DNA of 64,000 bases from NCBI GenBank assembly GCA_013265495.1, contig MU058636.1:1550001-1614000 (forward strand), given 5' to 3'. A model generated the notes under the pieces. It saw nothing but the letters and a program-made list of their open reading frames with translations, ran no database searches and was not told where the DNA came from. The translations under genes and the position numbers were made by a program. Positions within the stretch are counted from its first letter, which is position 1; each line of letters starts with the position of its first letter. Shown here one piece after another: positions 12,788 through 26,373 of this stretch. This stretch comes from Vicugna vicugna (Eukaryota).

Positions 12788-13150
12788 CTGGATGACCTGT
12801 GCGGCCAGCTCGGGCGTCCCGTGCTTCAGGTCGTGGCCGTTGATGGCCAGCACCCGGTCGTTGCTGCTGAGCCGCCCGTCCTGGGCTGCCAGCCCGCCCT
12901 CCAGCAGGTCAAGGATGAAGACGCCCGGCTCGTCGGTCCTGCGCACGAGCTTAATGCCCAGCTGCTCCGCGGAGTCGCGCTTGTGAAGCACCACCTGGAA
13001 GACCTCCTCCCGGGGCGCGCCGTCGGGGTGGCCGTGCGCGCGGCCGAAGCGGCGCTCCCGCAGCACCGTCAGCTGCAGCGTGCTGCAGGGCTGCGACAGC
13101 ACTGCCCGCGCGTAGTTGTGCGACACGCTGCTGATGTTGTAGCTGTTGAC
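12788..13150 (-). CDS. LNX2: LNX2 exon 5: end of PDZ1 and most of PDZ2 (VNSYNISSV...AAQVIQ)
   Basis: Lies within ORF 12638..13276. Acceptor tgcCAG|GTC and donor CAG|GTGAGC. 363 nt. Confidence 0.96.
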
Positions 13151-13334
13151 CTGGCAGCGGAGTGGAGGACAAGGCGGGACAGTCTTACTTTCCCAACTTG
13201 CAAGGATGTTTATATAACATTTCCAGAGGAAACTAACATTGTGAAACTGACAATCATTACTTACAAAGAAAAGCACTCCAAAGACATTTTAAAATAGAAT
13301 TCCTAAAATTAACTCAGAATGACTAGCATCAGGC

Positions 13335-13500
13335 AGAGAATAGTAGTTAAGGCTTTCATAATAGTCTTGAATTAGGGCCCTTGGTTCTAGCACGTACTAA
13401 CTGGATCACCTCTAGCAAATTATAGACCTTGTCTGGGTGTTTCCTCATCTGTGAAATGTGTTTACTCTCTACTTCACAGGGTCAGGATGAGCACGAATAA
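13335..13500 (+). mobile_element. MIR SINE
   Basis: MIR core gtttcctcatctgtgaaatg...ctacttcacaggg. Confidence 0.6.
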
Positions 13501-16500
13501 AAAGACATCAGATATGGCAACTGCTAAAGAAAAGTCTAGATCTCGTGGAACAGAAAATGAAGTTATACTGGATGACAAATTTGCTTTTCCAAATGAAATA
13601 CACCTACACTACAGAAAATAAACTGAGTTAGATTTTAAAGAAAGTGGCACATCACAAATACATAACCTCATTTTAGATGAGTGATGTTTACTTTAAGGAA
13701 AAGCAGATAATTATAATTTCACCCTGATTCTTTGGCACACAAGTGTAACAGCTAATATAGTAAGCATTAATTTAATACATAATACTTTCTAAGCTTTATA
13801 ACCCTGAAGTCAGCCCTGTGACTGGTCCTTGGGCATGTAACAGCACCACGACACACCCAGCTGCGGATGTTTACCAACTTAGAGAAGAGGTCAGCACAAC
13901 CCCCAGTATGTATCACAGTCAGAGTTCCTCCCCGTCTGTCTGAGATGAGACTGATGGGAAACCAGCGCGCCGCACACCAGTCATGTGATAGGCTCTGGGT
14001 TAGGGGTGTGTGCTCACCTAAAATCCTTACTTCTTTTTTCACATGAATGTACGTGAAGCGAGCCCTCCCCTTTTGTAGTTATCCAGGGTTGATAGTTTTG
14101 AACACTAATAACTTGAATTTTGTTCATTTTAGCCTGTTGACATCTTTAAAAATTCAGTCATCAAAGTCACAGATGTCATACTCTAACCTACTGTTCTCCC
14201 AAGTCTGCTATATCTGTGCCTTTGGTGGCCATGCAAGCCCTTGATAAAAACACTGAGTAATACAGGGTCAAGAACAGAATTAGGTGGTTTCTAAAACTGG
14301 TCTGACATGAATCCATTAATCAGAAATCATCGTTTATGGCTATTTAGCTAAAAAGCTACCTATCTCCAGGTTCACATTTTCCTTCCTCTATTCAGATACA
14401 CCACAAATGACTTTATGAAATGTCTGGCTGAAATCCAGAAGCCATGTGCAAACATGTAGCCTCATTATTATCCTTGTGAAGTAGGTGTGGAATAGCCCAC
14501 AATTGGAAGGTTTTCCTTCATGAATGTGTGGTTGCTGGCGAAACGCAGAGAAAGCAGAGACCAAATAAAACACTGTCTCTAGGTCCTGCACCAACAGCAC
14601 AGCAGAGTAACCTCTGCCTTTGGCTGATGTGTTTTGTACCAGTGCAGTCAGCACATGGCTGTGATGATTTTCCTTCAGAACTGACCATACTGCCGTCACT
14701 GATGAGGGGTCAAACTGGTAACACCCGTTCTTAATAATGCTCTGAACAGTGACATGGATGTAGTTTTAACAGTATTTTTTTTCTTCAAACTGGTCAAAAG
14801 GCTGCATCACACAAGGCCCTGAAGGTATGTGGTTCTCCTCTTCAAAGAGACTATTTAATAGAGTAACGGGTGTGTGTGTTTGATGTGGGAAAACCAAAGC
14901 CACACCCTGTTACTGAATATAGTTTGCTAAAATAAAAGCAAAGGCTTTCTAGCTCTTTGGCCTTATAAAGAAATTATCTTAATGACTCTTGAGTATTTTC
15001 AGATTGGCTTACTGTATTATTTATGTAGCTTATAAAGTTGGAGATAACCAGGTAGTAAAAAGTTCCAAAGAGCCGTCTTTTCAAAAGTATTTTCTTTTGA
15101 ATGACTGTAAATACTTGACATTTGGGCGAGGGGTGTGGCTTTACTTACTGGCTCCAGCGAACCAGTCTGAGGCCGACAGAGTCAGGGCTCACAGGAGGAG
15201 AGAGCCTTTTGAATTCATTAATCAGGTCATGTGTTCATCCTTTTCTTATCAATTTGAATATTACACTGGATTTAAGCTCACCATTACTAGAGTTATTAAT
15301 ATGTATGCCTCCATAAACAGTGACGGTGCACTGGACTCTCTACAGTGTAAATTTACAGCTTTGAGTTAATTCCCAAAATAGTCAACACTGTGAGGTAACT
15401 ACAGTTCTGAGTTATAAAGATTCAGTTATGTGACCAAACAATCCTCCAAAATAGAAGAGTAAAAAGTCTACTCAGCAAACAAAGCCTGAAAAACTATTTA
15501 ATTTCAATCGTATTCAAAGAAATGCAAATAAAAATAAAGCATTTGTTTTTACCTTTGAAATTCAGGGAAAAAATGAGAAATGATAAAAATGTTAATACTC
15601 AATGCTAGCACATCACTGGTATAAAAAACAAAACACAAAACTGAATTGTACACTAAATTACTAGGAAGGCTGGAGGTGGGAGAAAATGGGAGAGAAAAGA
15701 ATACTCTGCGAGCTGCAGACTCGGCAACCCAGCTCTCCTGGTCTGCACCACGCAGGTGGCGAAAGGTCAGGGGAGCCAGCAGAATCAGATTAGGAGCTGG
15801 GAGTCAGGAGCACAGGTAAGGTGTGCTGGCCACGTGCAGCTGGAGTACTAATGCCATAAAATGACAGCAAATACAGTCACACGGTAAATGGCTTTTACTA
15901 GAAAACACAGGGCGTGGCTGTCAGTGGTGGGTCAGGAAGCTGACTGCACGTAGGCAGGATGGGTTATGCTTCCTGTACCCCAGGTTTCTTCCTAGTATTT
16001 AGTAAAAAAACCAAAAAACCAAAAAACACACTGCTTGAAAGGTGTATCAGCTTTGCTAAGGACAGTGAAGGAAGTGCTTGGGGCCCGCGTGTCAAGTGGA
16101 AATAACACACCCTGAGGGGCAGCATACCAGTGGGAGCGGGAAAACTAGAGGTTCCAAGTTTTGTTTTAATAAAGGAGATGGCTACTCCTGACAGGATGTA
16201 ATACCCAAATCCACTCTTTCACTGATTCAGCAAGTATTTCCTGTGCGTATCACATGCACAGCACTGGGGGAAATCTGTGTCACAGTCGGTACATCAGGGA
16301 GGCTGCCGTCGTCATGGAAAGACAGTACCTGTAAATAGTGGACTGTGCTACGTGCCAGGTGATGGGGAGTAAAGCAATGAATGCCGTCAGCGATCAGAGT
16401 AAGGAGAGGTCAGAATGGGTGAGAAGGGCTGAGCAAAGCGGTAAGGATGAAGGTGGACAAACGGCAGCATGACGGGACGGGCTGGGAAGCAGAGAGAAGG

Positions 16501-17779
16501 TGGAAGCAGGAAGATCGCTATGTCTGGCTTTCCCAGCAGATTACAGATTCCATGAGGACAAGGGGACACTTTGCTCTTAGCTGTATCCTCGGTGCCTAGA
16601 ACATTGTAAGAATAAGGAGCTGCTGGGCCTTAAGCAAAAAGAAAGGCTTAAGATGATGACAGGCTGTGTAAGACGCCATGCAGGCCTTGAGTACGAATCA
16701 ATCTGGACGTGATGCTCTAGTCAGATGTTAATGCTCAGTGACGCTCCCCAAGGAAAGCAGAGCTACAGACACTGGCAGTGATCATGTTGGATTTCAGGGC
16801 AGAGAGCTGGATGGCAGGGATATTGTCCGTTTCTACTGAATCAGATATGAGTAGTGCAGGCCTGGAATGACGAGGGAGACGAGAAAATACATATATGGGG
16901 CAGGTGTCAACAGATCATGCCGAGGATCAGATAACAAAATCGAGAATCGAGGAGGGACGAGTCCTGGAGCTTGGGTTCCTGGAAGAGAATTTTTCTTGCT
17001 TATGAATATGTTTTCTCTCTCCTTCTGGAAGTTACCATCTCCTTCTGAAAGCTACCATTTCTTTTAGCTTCAACTATCACCTACACTTGTGTGACTCAAA
17101 CATCCAGGCCAGTGTCTAGAGAACTCCAGTCCTGTACAGAATTCTTACCCCACTTCCCCTCCGTCTCAACATGCTCTCTAACAAAACATCACCTTGTCCC
17201 AAGCTAGCTCTTTTCTGGGAATAGCTATTTCTTCTGAAAGGGGAAGGAAGGTGAGGGTAGTACCAAGTGTTGATGAGTGGTGCGCATTATTAGGGGGTCA
17301 ACAAGAGACAAGTATCATGTCTGAATTCTACCTTAAACTCCATGGTATTAATCACAAGTAACTGGTGCTACATGGTCTGTCTTTCCCAGATTTTAGTAAT
17401 CAGTAGAGAATGATAAATTAGACAATGAAGGTAATGGATGGATGAGAAAAGTGAACTTGGGAGAAGAGGATTTCAGCATGGGTGAGGTGGCCCTGAACTA
17501 GCTAGCCCTGGACACCAGGCCAGGAAGGGCCCAGCTGGCCTGGAGAGTCCAGGCCCCATAAGCGGAGTCACATGTAGGATTGAAAGTTAAGGCAGGGAAA
17601 AAAAATACATTCCATGTACATGGGGAAATAAGAGAAATTACAAATAAATTCTGATCTGCTTTGCATATAAAGACAGTAAAACTAACCTATATACAATTCA
17701 AGTTCCACAGTACAATTCTGCTTTAGACTTACAAATAGGAACAAAGAGCACAAGGTAACAGAATAATTAAAGCTGATAC

Positions 17780-17979
17780 CTGGAGAATCTGGTCTCCGGC
17801 AAGGAGTCTTCCATCTCTGGCAATAACCCCGTCCCGATAGACTTCCTGGATGACAATGTTAATCAGTGGTGTTTCGTTGCCACCCACAATGCTAATTCCT
17901 AGCTGAATGTAAGGATTAGACCGGTGAATTTCAATTGTGGTGATTTCGCCTTCTGGTAAACTGAGTGGCTGTTGTGTGG
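17780..17979 (-). CDS. LNX2: LNX2 exon 4: PDZ1 ([66 protein letters not shown])
   Basis: Translated by hand; absent from the ORF track. Acceptor tcggcAG|CC and donor CAG|GTATCA. 200 nt, phase consistent. Confidence 0.95.
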
Positions 17980-18649
17980 CTGCCGAGTCAAAAATGAGAA
18001 AGAAAAATAGATGGAAAGAAAAAACAACATTTGATGTTTTGATTATTTTCAGAAAAATAAATCATCGTATATTAGCAGATGATTAAAAACTATGCAATAC
18101 CCTCGGATAAGAAAAACAGAATGACAAAAAAAACCTGTATGTTAAGATCATCTAAACATTTCTTCTCCCAAAGGTGATCAGTAAATAATCACTAGCTACA
18201 GCGTGTCAAATCACAAGGTCAGATCACGAGGGATGACAGTGACCTGATGAAGAACTATTAAGAGAATGTCATCCTGTCCTAACTGGTAAGAGGTCTGGGC
18301 CGTGGAAGAAGGTAAGTAACGCGAGGCAGCGTAGAGAAACGACTCTGTGGTGTGTAATCACCATGGGGGTGAGCAAAGTCACGGCAGGTTCTAAGGAAAG
18401 GTGGGTCTTGACTTGAGCCTTAGGAGATGGGAAAAGATTACGGTGGTGGCAGGGAAACTCTGACTTTGTAGTAAAATTTGAAATTTGTTCAGAAAAATTA
18501 TATTTAAAAGTAAACCTGGGGCCAACCATCAAGACGCCCAAGATCCATGACTACAGCTTTCTGTTCATTCCCAGTGAGTTGTCCAGCCAGGCTAGTGGCG
18601 GCCACCAGAGCAGGGCACTAGTCAGATACACATCCAGATGTTCCCCGGT

Positions 18650-18795
18650 TGCATGAGCTTGACCTGTTAACCTCCCGAGACTCGGCTCTCTCCCGGCTGC
18701 AAACACCCTCACAGCACTGTTGGGGCGTGTCGTCAGCTGAGGCACGTAAAGCGCCTGGCGCCGTGCTGGGCACGCTCTGAATGTGGGTATCAGTT
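18650..18795 (+). mobile_element. MIR fragment, strongly GC/CpG-shifted
   Basis: ttaacctcccgagactcgg...cacgtaaagcgcctggcgccgtgctgggcac follows the order of the MIR core and 3' motifs. Confidence 0.5.
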
Positions 18796-19137
18796 TTGTT
18801 GCTCTGGATGTTGATGTGTTCTTAGTCAAGAAGCAACACGCCTCTGAACCCTCGAACACCAAGCAGCAGGTTAACGACCAGTGAATTCACAGACTGAACA
18901 GAAGAGGGACGGAGAAGGATCCCCTTCCTCAGGGGTCGGTTTTGTGTTTGTTTCTAAAATGCAGACTGTTAGAACTGTACCTGTGAAAGGGTGAATTATG
19001 TGGTGTGTCAATTATATCTCAAAATTAAGTTTTTAAAGGGGAATAGAATGCACGTTGGGAGAGGAGGGAGGAAGGGAACACCCGCTCTGAATACGGAGGA
19101 GGACAGGAGGACAGGAGGACGAGGTGGCGGCACGTAC

Positions 19138-19382
19138 TGTCGGCGGCGCTCTCCTCAAAGGCGGGGTTGTCCAGGCCGGGCTCCTCGGTCCAGGCGGGAA
19201 GGGACGCTGAGGTCAGGGACCGCTCGGCGGGCACCGTGCCCATCCCTGAACAGTCCATTTCAGGGGATAAAGTACCTGGAGGCTCTATTACAGGAGTTCC
19301 ACTTTCATTCTCAGTCTCTGTCTGAGTTTTACTAGTTTTCCTTCTCTCTAGGGCAGCTCTCTGGTGGGAAGCTCCAGGGCAT
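19138..19382 (-). CDS. LNX2: LNX2 exon 3: end of second Zn finger, linker and Numb-binding NPAF motif (CPGASHQR...[13 protein letters not shown])
   Basis: Acceptor ctttatAG|ATGCCCT and donor GACA|GTACGT. 245 nt, continuing the phase-2 codon from exon 2. The DNPAF motif is present. Confidence 0.95.
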
Positions 19383-21539
19383 CTATAAAGAGCATCAGGT
19401 GGTTTCCAGATGATTTGAAAGGAAAAAAAAATGTGATTAATGTTTCCACCACAAGACAGACAGCAACGGCTTCCATGCCAGAAGCACCAAGAAGTGCCCA
19501 CAGGCAGTACATCATTCTGGCCTCAAATTCCACTCAAACTAAGTTCTCACCACTCCACAGAGCAAATTTAAAATGGTTTGGTATGTATCTCAAAGAATAC
19601 TTCAGTAAGAAACCATATTCAGGAATATGTTAGTAGCAGAAATACATACACCAGTACAGTATGCCAGTACAGCTGTCTCTACACTGAGAATGATCCTGAA
19701 ACTCTCATTATAAACCCCTTTTCACAGGCTGAGAGGCTGAAGCCCGGGCGTGGAGAGCAGCAGCCTCCCGCACACACAGCCCCGCGTCCGGCCCTGGGCG
19801 CCGCTCACAGCTGAGGCCACACACCCACCCGGCGGGGGCAGGAAGACACCTGGAGCTCTGCCACTTGCAGGAAAGCACAGCAAAGGCCCAAATAACTTAC
19901 TTTATGACAGACATGGAAGGAGATGAAAACATAATCTCCTAGTTTGTAAAATCAGAATTGCAATAGTGAAATTACAGATATGCTGTGAAACCTGAAGAAC
20001 CTATTTCTAAGTATCTGGGAAACTTAGATAAGCACCAAGAAATAAGAACCACTTACTTGCTTGTTTTTATTTATTTAGACTAACAAAAGGGACAGATACA
20101 TGCTTGTTTAAACATTTAAAGAGAGTCCTCCTGTGACAGATGTTAGAAACGCTATAATGTGCCAGTTTTTTTTTCCACCTGACACCTTGACTGGACAAAG
20201 TGACTAATAACGCCCAGACTGAGGAGTGGGGGCGGGAGTCGGGGATTCGTGACGGAGGGGCAGGCACACGTTCCAGAGCCCGACACGACTCTCCAAGACA
20301 GCTTCTGCTCTCCTGCCGGGGCAAGAACAGGCAGAAAGCGCGGGTCGGGTGGGCGACAGTCTTGTGTCTAGGGTTGCAGACCTTCACTCAATGACAGTTT
20401 TCTTAAAAATCTAAAATTTCAATCAAAATTAAGTATAGAATTACATTCAATTACAATTAAAAGCTACTCATTAACTATAAGTGTAGTAAGTCTTTAGTTC
20501 ACGAGGAAATTTTATTTTAGGTCCTGGATTTTAAGTTCTTGAAAAGGCTCATCATGAAATGTCTTTATGCATCGTTCTCTCCTGACCTGTCCTCTCTTCA
20601 CCTGGCTACGAAGGGGCACAAGTGACGTTCCCCTCTGCACTGCGGTGCTGCACTCCAGGCAATGTGTCTGCAAGGGCCTGGCAAATATTTTTGGTAATTC
20701 TGTCACTGAAAAAAGTTATTTTTTGTCAAGTGAGCATATTTAATTAGAAATATTTTTCAAAAAATATTTTGTTCAATAAAAAAGTTGATATAAAAACTGA
20801 ATCATAAAAAATACTTAGGACTAAGAAGATAGGTAAAGGTTTAATTCTCAAAATATATATCACAAATATCTCCATGGGTAACAGCTGGTCTTTAATGGAA
20901 AAAAAGGACTAAGAATAGCAATTGAAGAGGAAATACAAACAATATGAACACTGGGAATTAGTCTAGTTAATGACTAAAAAAAACCTACAAACTAAATAAC
21001 CATAAACGCTATCTTATAGTTACTAAACATGGAAAAATAAATTCAAAAAGTAAAACTTGAAGTTGCTAGAGAAGTGAAGAAATAGGTATACTTAAGTTCC
21101 CAACAGGATAGTAAATTAGTAACAAGAACTGAAGATATTAAAAATGACATCATGTGAAAATACGGAAGCATGAGCCTACCTAGTGTTAGAGGAAGGTTAC
21201 AGAAAGCACCTCCGGGAACACCCATATTTAAACATGAGACCAGCTGAGCAGACTGAGACAGAACAACTAGACGTGAGTTCAACGAAGAAAAAGTGGCCAG
21301 TGGTGCAAATGCCAGAAAGGGAGCAAGTAAGATAAGGGCCAAAGCACTGGCCTGATTTGGAAATTAGAAGGTCATGGTGACCTTAGAAAGAACACTTTTG
21401 GTGATAAGTGCAAAATTCCAGACTAGAATTTGAGGAGTTGTTAACAAAATACACGCACTCTACAAAAACTGCATGTAAAACTTACAGGGCTTGAGGGAAA
21501 AAGAGGACTGGGCCAGATCATTCAAAACCTGTGCATCTG

Positions 21540-21730
21540 GGAACGGGCAGTGGCTGATGGTGGGTACAGGGCTTCTTTCTGGGGCACTGAAATGTTCTAA
21601 AAATTAGACTGTGATGATGGTTGCACAATTCTGTGACTATACTAAAAACTGTTGAATTGCATACTTTAAAAATAAGTGAAGTTTATGGTAGGTGAAATAT
21701 ATCTGAATAAAACTATTAAAAAAAAAAAGA
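21540..21730 (+). mobile_element. L1MB-like 3' terminal fragment with poly(A)
   Basis: gggtacagggcttctttctgggg...aaatgttctaaaaattagactgtgatgatggttgcacaa...aataaaactattaaaaaaaa. Confidence 0.8.
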
Positions 21731-21829
21731 TGATTAAGGAATGAGTAGATCAGAGCAGGCTTTGACAGCTCAGAGCCATCAGCCCTGAAGTTTGTAAACA
21801 CTTGGAACTGAAGAGAAAGGAAAAAACCA

Positions 21830-22040
21830 GCATTTGCTGGGTGTCTAATTTGTGCCAGTCACTGTGCAGACTTTAAGAACAGTATTTAATTGACTCTTTA
21901 CAACCCCTCTATTTCCCCATTTTACAAATGGGAAACTTGAAACAATTAACTAAGCCAACATCACATAGCTATTAAATTACATGAAATCCACACGAACTCA
22001 GATCTGATTTCAAAGATGCCTGCTCTTTACACGGCACTAT
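21830..22040 (-). mobile_element. MIR SINE
   Basis: Reverse MIR core ccccattttacaaatgggaaacttga...tcacatagct. Confidence 0.65.
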
Positions 22041-22879
22041 GCTAAATACTCTTCTGGAGTTCTTTTTCTAGGCCTTAGGAAAACATACATTAATTTCGTT
22101 CTACAAACTTGTACCTAGAAACACAATCATAGAATGTTACAGTGAGAAAGGCCTTGGTGATCATAAAAACCAAGCAAAAATCACAGATAACAAAAACCTA
22201 CACATCTTTTTAAACGGAACATTTAATGATAATAACACAAACAGCAAATGGCATCAAGGGCTGTAACTTGGCTTATTTAAGCAGGTAGCTCAGTGGAGCA
22301 GGAGGCTAGTATAGAGGATATTACACGTGATTAAAACAGCAGAGAGGAAGTGCATGCAGCGCTTAATGAGACCAGCGTAGGCATGTGCTCAGACAGTGCA
22401 GGTGGGAGTGGAGCTCTGACACTGTGGGCTGCCCTGAAAAAGGGCACTGGAGGCAGGGTGAACGGACACAGGCTGAGGGCTGCACCTCCCTTGGGAAGGT
22501 TCTTTACATGCAGGTGTGTTTTTAACTTTCTTAAAGCCAAAAAACCTCTTGTAGTAACCAAAGCCAAACTGAGGGATTTTCCGTTCCTGCTGAAGGTTAT
22601 ACTCTCATGCCACTATTCTGGCTCTCCTTATGGAGAAAAATTACATATGAACCAATTTGACTTACAACACGGTGGCATCATTCCCTGCTATAACAGTGAC
22701 TCACATTAGGACGCATACAGTGTAACAGAACACACTACATTATTAGTAGTAGTGGTGGTGGTGGTGGCAGTAGCAGTAGACGTAAAATAAAACGATGCCT
22801 GGTAAGTGCCAGCACAATGCCAGGAACTTAATGAAACTCAAACAGAAGCATCTTAGAACCAAGCAAAATGATAACAGTT

Positions 22880-25130
22880 ACAGATTATAATATGCAAAAA
22901 TGAATTTAAGTGACGTCAGTGAAAATGTTAGATTAAGGGTAGCTAAAAACCTCTCCTCCATAAAGCAATGTGAACATTGGCAAAAATGGTCAGAACCAAC
23001 TATTTCTGAGGTCTGAAATTAGCCAAAGTTCGGCAGCAATCTGGAGTGCATTTATTCAAGAAGAACAGCTGAATCTCGGTGAGAACAGTGAGCTCTGCAG
23101 CATCTGAACCTGCCCTATTCCTATCCCCACCTCTCCAGCAGCCTGGAAAAGCAATGGCCCCAGTCATGGTGGAAACAGGAGTCTGGCAGCCACTGGAGGG
23201 GCAGACTGGGTCACCTTCAGAGCCCCATTTGTAGACAGTTGTCATGAACTGACCTGCTGGTTCTCTGGAAGACCTCACTCGCAAGGCTGTCGTTATCTGC
23301 TTTATCTGACCTGACTTGGGGCTCACTCAGGGCAAACAACCTTTTCACTGAAGGCATCCGCTGGGGCATTAAAAAAAAAAAAAGCCAGTTGTATATAAGA
23401 TTGTGGCTGCTTGAGGTAGACAAACAAAAAGTCTCAAAGGAAAAGCTAGGGAATGAAAGGTCCACAGGGATTCCCATATGTCCAGGGCTTTTGCATGCAC
23501 AGGAAGGAACTGAGAAGGCCCTAAACTCTCACCTCCTACATAAATGAAGCTACAGGAAAGCAGGAAGTGAAGGGTGAGGAGGACTGTCAACTGGTTAAGT
23601 GCTGAAGATGTGCCCCACCAAGTACATGGAGCCCCTGGGCAAGACCAGGAGACTTACTCATTACAGGCATTTAAGGAATTCTCTGTCCAATCATTAGCCG
23701 ATTAGAACATCACCAACCATCAAATGATAACAATAAACAGCAGTGACAAATCCCGAAGAGAAAGAAAAACCTGATTTCCAGAGTTGTCAATTATTTAAAG
23801 TGTCCAATGTTCAATACATAATTAAGAGACATGCAAAGAAAGAAGTACGTATGGCCTATACATGGGGGAAAAAAAGAAGTTAAGAGAAACTCCCTGAGAA
23901 AGCCGAGATGTTGGCCTGAACAGACAATAAATTAAACTGGGTATTAAAAATGTGTTCAAAGAGAAAGAGAAACCACTCTTTAGTCTAAAGAACTAAAGGA
24001 AAATATGAGAATGATATCTCACCCAATAAAAATACCAATAGAGAAATGTTACATTAGAGAACCAAATAAATATTCTGAATTTTAGAAGTATAATAAAAGA
24101 AATGAAGAATTCATAGCAGATTTGAACAGCTAAAAAAAGAATCAATGAATTTGAAGACAGATCAATTGAAATTATTCAGGCTGAGGAACAGAAAGACAAA
24201 GAATGAAAAAAAGGATGGAGCTCAAGGACCTGTGGGACACCACTGAGATTATTAACATGCGCAGAATGGAGTTCCACAAGGAGACAGGGAGAAAGGGGCA
24301 GAAATACTACTTGAAGACATGTTGGCCGAAATCTTTTCAAGATTGATGAATCTTGAAAACAGCAAGAGTGAAGTGCCTCATCAGAGAGAAGGGATCCTCA
24401 GTAACACTGCTGGCTGTTTCTCTTCAGAAACTATGAAGAGAAGGCCGTGGATAGCGTACTCGGTGCTTAAAACAAAAAAGATTGTCAACCAAGAACTCTA
24501 CATCCAGTAAAACTACCCTTCAAAGACAGGAGACAGGCAAAGGGTATATAGCTCAGTGGTAGAGTGCATGCTTAGCATGCAGGAGGTTCTGGGTTCAATC
24601 CCTAGTACCTTTGTTAAAAAAACAGTAACAAAATAACCCTAATTACCCCCCCCAAAAAAACAGGAGAAATTAAGACATTCCTAGATAAATGAAAACCAAG
24701 TCTGTTGTTAGCAGATCTTCCCTACAAGAAATACTAAAATAAGTCCCTCAGCTGATACGAAAGGACCTTAAGAGAGTAACTCAAATCCACATGAAGAAAT
24801 AAAGATCACTGGTAAAGGTACTCCATAAATATAAAAGACAGCATTAAAGTACTTTTTGGTTTAAAACTCCTCTTTGGTCCTATTTGATTTAAAAGACAAC
24901 CCCACAAAAAAATAAAAATAATAATTCTGTTTTGATGGGCATATAATGCATAAAGCTGTAATTTATATAACAATAACAGTACAAAGGAAGGGGGAAGGAA
25001 TGAGGTATTTATGAACTAAGTTCTTGTGTACTGGTGAAATCGAGTTGGTATTAATCTGAACTAGATTGTTATAACATGTTAATTATAATCCCTATGGCAA
25101 CTAAGAAAATAATTGAAAAAATAAGTAAGC
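22880..25130 (+). mobile_element. Old L1M 5' UTR and degenerate ORF1 region
   Basis: ORF1 C-terminal motifs are visible at DNA level (caaccaagaactctacatccagtaaaactacccttcaaa...gaaattaagacattcctagataaa...cctacaagaaatactaaa, PRILYPAKLSF/EIKTF/LQEILK-like), and the coiled-coil region is A-rich. Confidence 0.75.
24534..24659 (+). mobile_element. tRNA-derived SINE (camelid Vic-1-like) nested in the L1M ORF1
   Basis: A box TAGCTCAGTGG, B box GGTTCAATCC, tail ccctaattacccccccc plus A. TSD acaggaga at 24526-24533 and 24660-24667. Confidence 0.88.
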
Positions 25131-25863
25131 TAAAATGTGAATTTAAAAGAGCAACCTTCTCTCAGTCTACCCTGACCCTTAAAGGCTTCAAAACTACTTG
25201 ATGAACTATAAAAGCATAGTGTAGAAAAAGACTAAAGGTTTTCTCTATATCGTATGAACTTTTTAGAATACTGTTACTATAAGTTTAAAGAGGAAAAGAA
25301 AAAAATCAATCTGAACCTTGCCATAAACTAGGACACAAATGCTCAATTTAGCCCCCGAAATTAACATTTACAATTACCATAAGCTTTAAATGTTAAATGG
25401 CTCAGGATGAGGCAGGGATGAGGGGTAGAGAAGGGAGGAGGAATCCTTTGTAGTTGACGTTACTTGGCAGAATTTCACAAAATAATTACTAAAACGTTAT
25501 ATGCGTCATTACTATATAGAGAGTATTTCTTAAGGGCTTTAGTTCTCCTTTCAAAGATGGGCATCTTCCCTTGTCTTTTAAAATTCTTCATTGTTTTCCT
25601 AATATATAATCAGTTAATAATTAGTAATTTTATTTAAAAACACAGTCATCTTTCATAAATGTTTTACTTTCAACCAAAGGAGAAAATGTCAGCTGTTCTC
25701 ACACTGAAGCAGATTTCTTAAGAGTAGAATTTCATTCAATAGGGAAGGTAATTTTAAACTCAAAATTACCAGATTTATACAAACTATTTCTGATGCTGTA
25801 TTTCTACTAATAATTAAAATAATCATAATTCTGTGTCTCATGATATCACTCTTATTGCTAGTT

Positions 25864-26373
25864 TGTGTTGGTTTTAAAACATAGCTGCAAATTTTTTTAA
25901 CCTCTCCCCATGAAGTGAAGCTTATGTCCCCTCCCCCTGAATCTGGGTGGGTCTTGTGACTACACAGAAGGGATGCTATGTGACGTCAAGGCTAGATCTT
26001 ACAAGGCCATGCAGCTTCTGCCTTATTTACTGGAACCTATATAAGAACTTTCAATACCCTGAGGCCACTGTGCTGGGGAGGCCACTAGTAGGCCCTCCTG
26101 TGGTCCAGTCCTAGCTGAGGCATGCCTCTGGGGACCTCCATCAAGGTGCCAGGTATGTGAGGGAAGCAGCCATCTTGGAAGCAAATTCTCCCGTTCCAGC
26201 TGCTGCAGTCCCGGGCTTTCAGTCCTTCCCACCTGGGACCCAGATACAACAGAACAGAGACCAGCCATCCCTGCTTGCTCTGTCTGAATCCCTGACTGGC
26301 AGAATCCAGTGCTCGCTGATTTATGTCACGGTATCTGGGATGGTTAGTTTCTCAGCAATAGATATCCTGAACA
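25864..26373 (+). mobile_element. MaLR solo LTR (MLT1G/H-like)
   Basis: TG...CA ends, with ccctccccctgaatctgggtgggtcttgtgact and terminal gtttctcagcaatagatatcctgaaca typical of MLT1. Confidence 0.7.

Noticed and set aside
12770..13297. 175-aa plus-strand ORF
   Set aside because: Antisense shadow of GC-rich LNX2 exon 5; the lack of stops follows from codon bias.
24534..24612. tRNA gene
   Set aside because: It has A and B boxes but also a SINE tail, a TSD and a paralogous copy at 9459-9575, so it is a tRNA-derived SINE.
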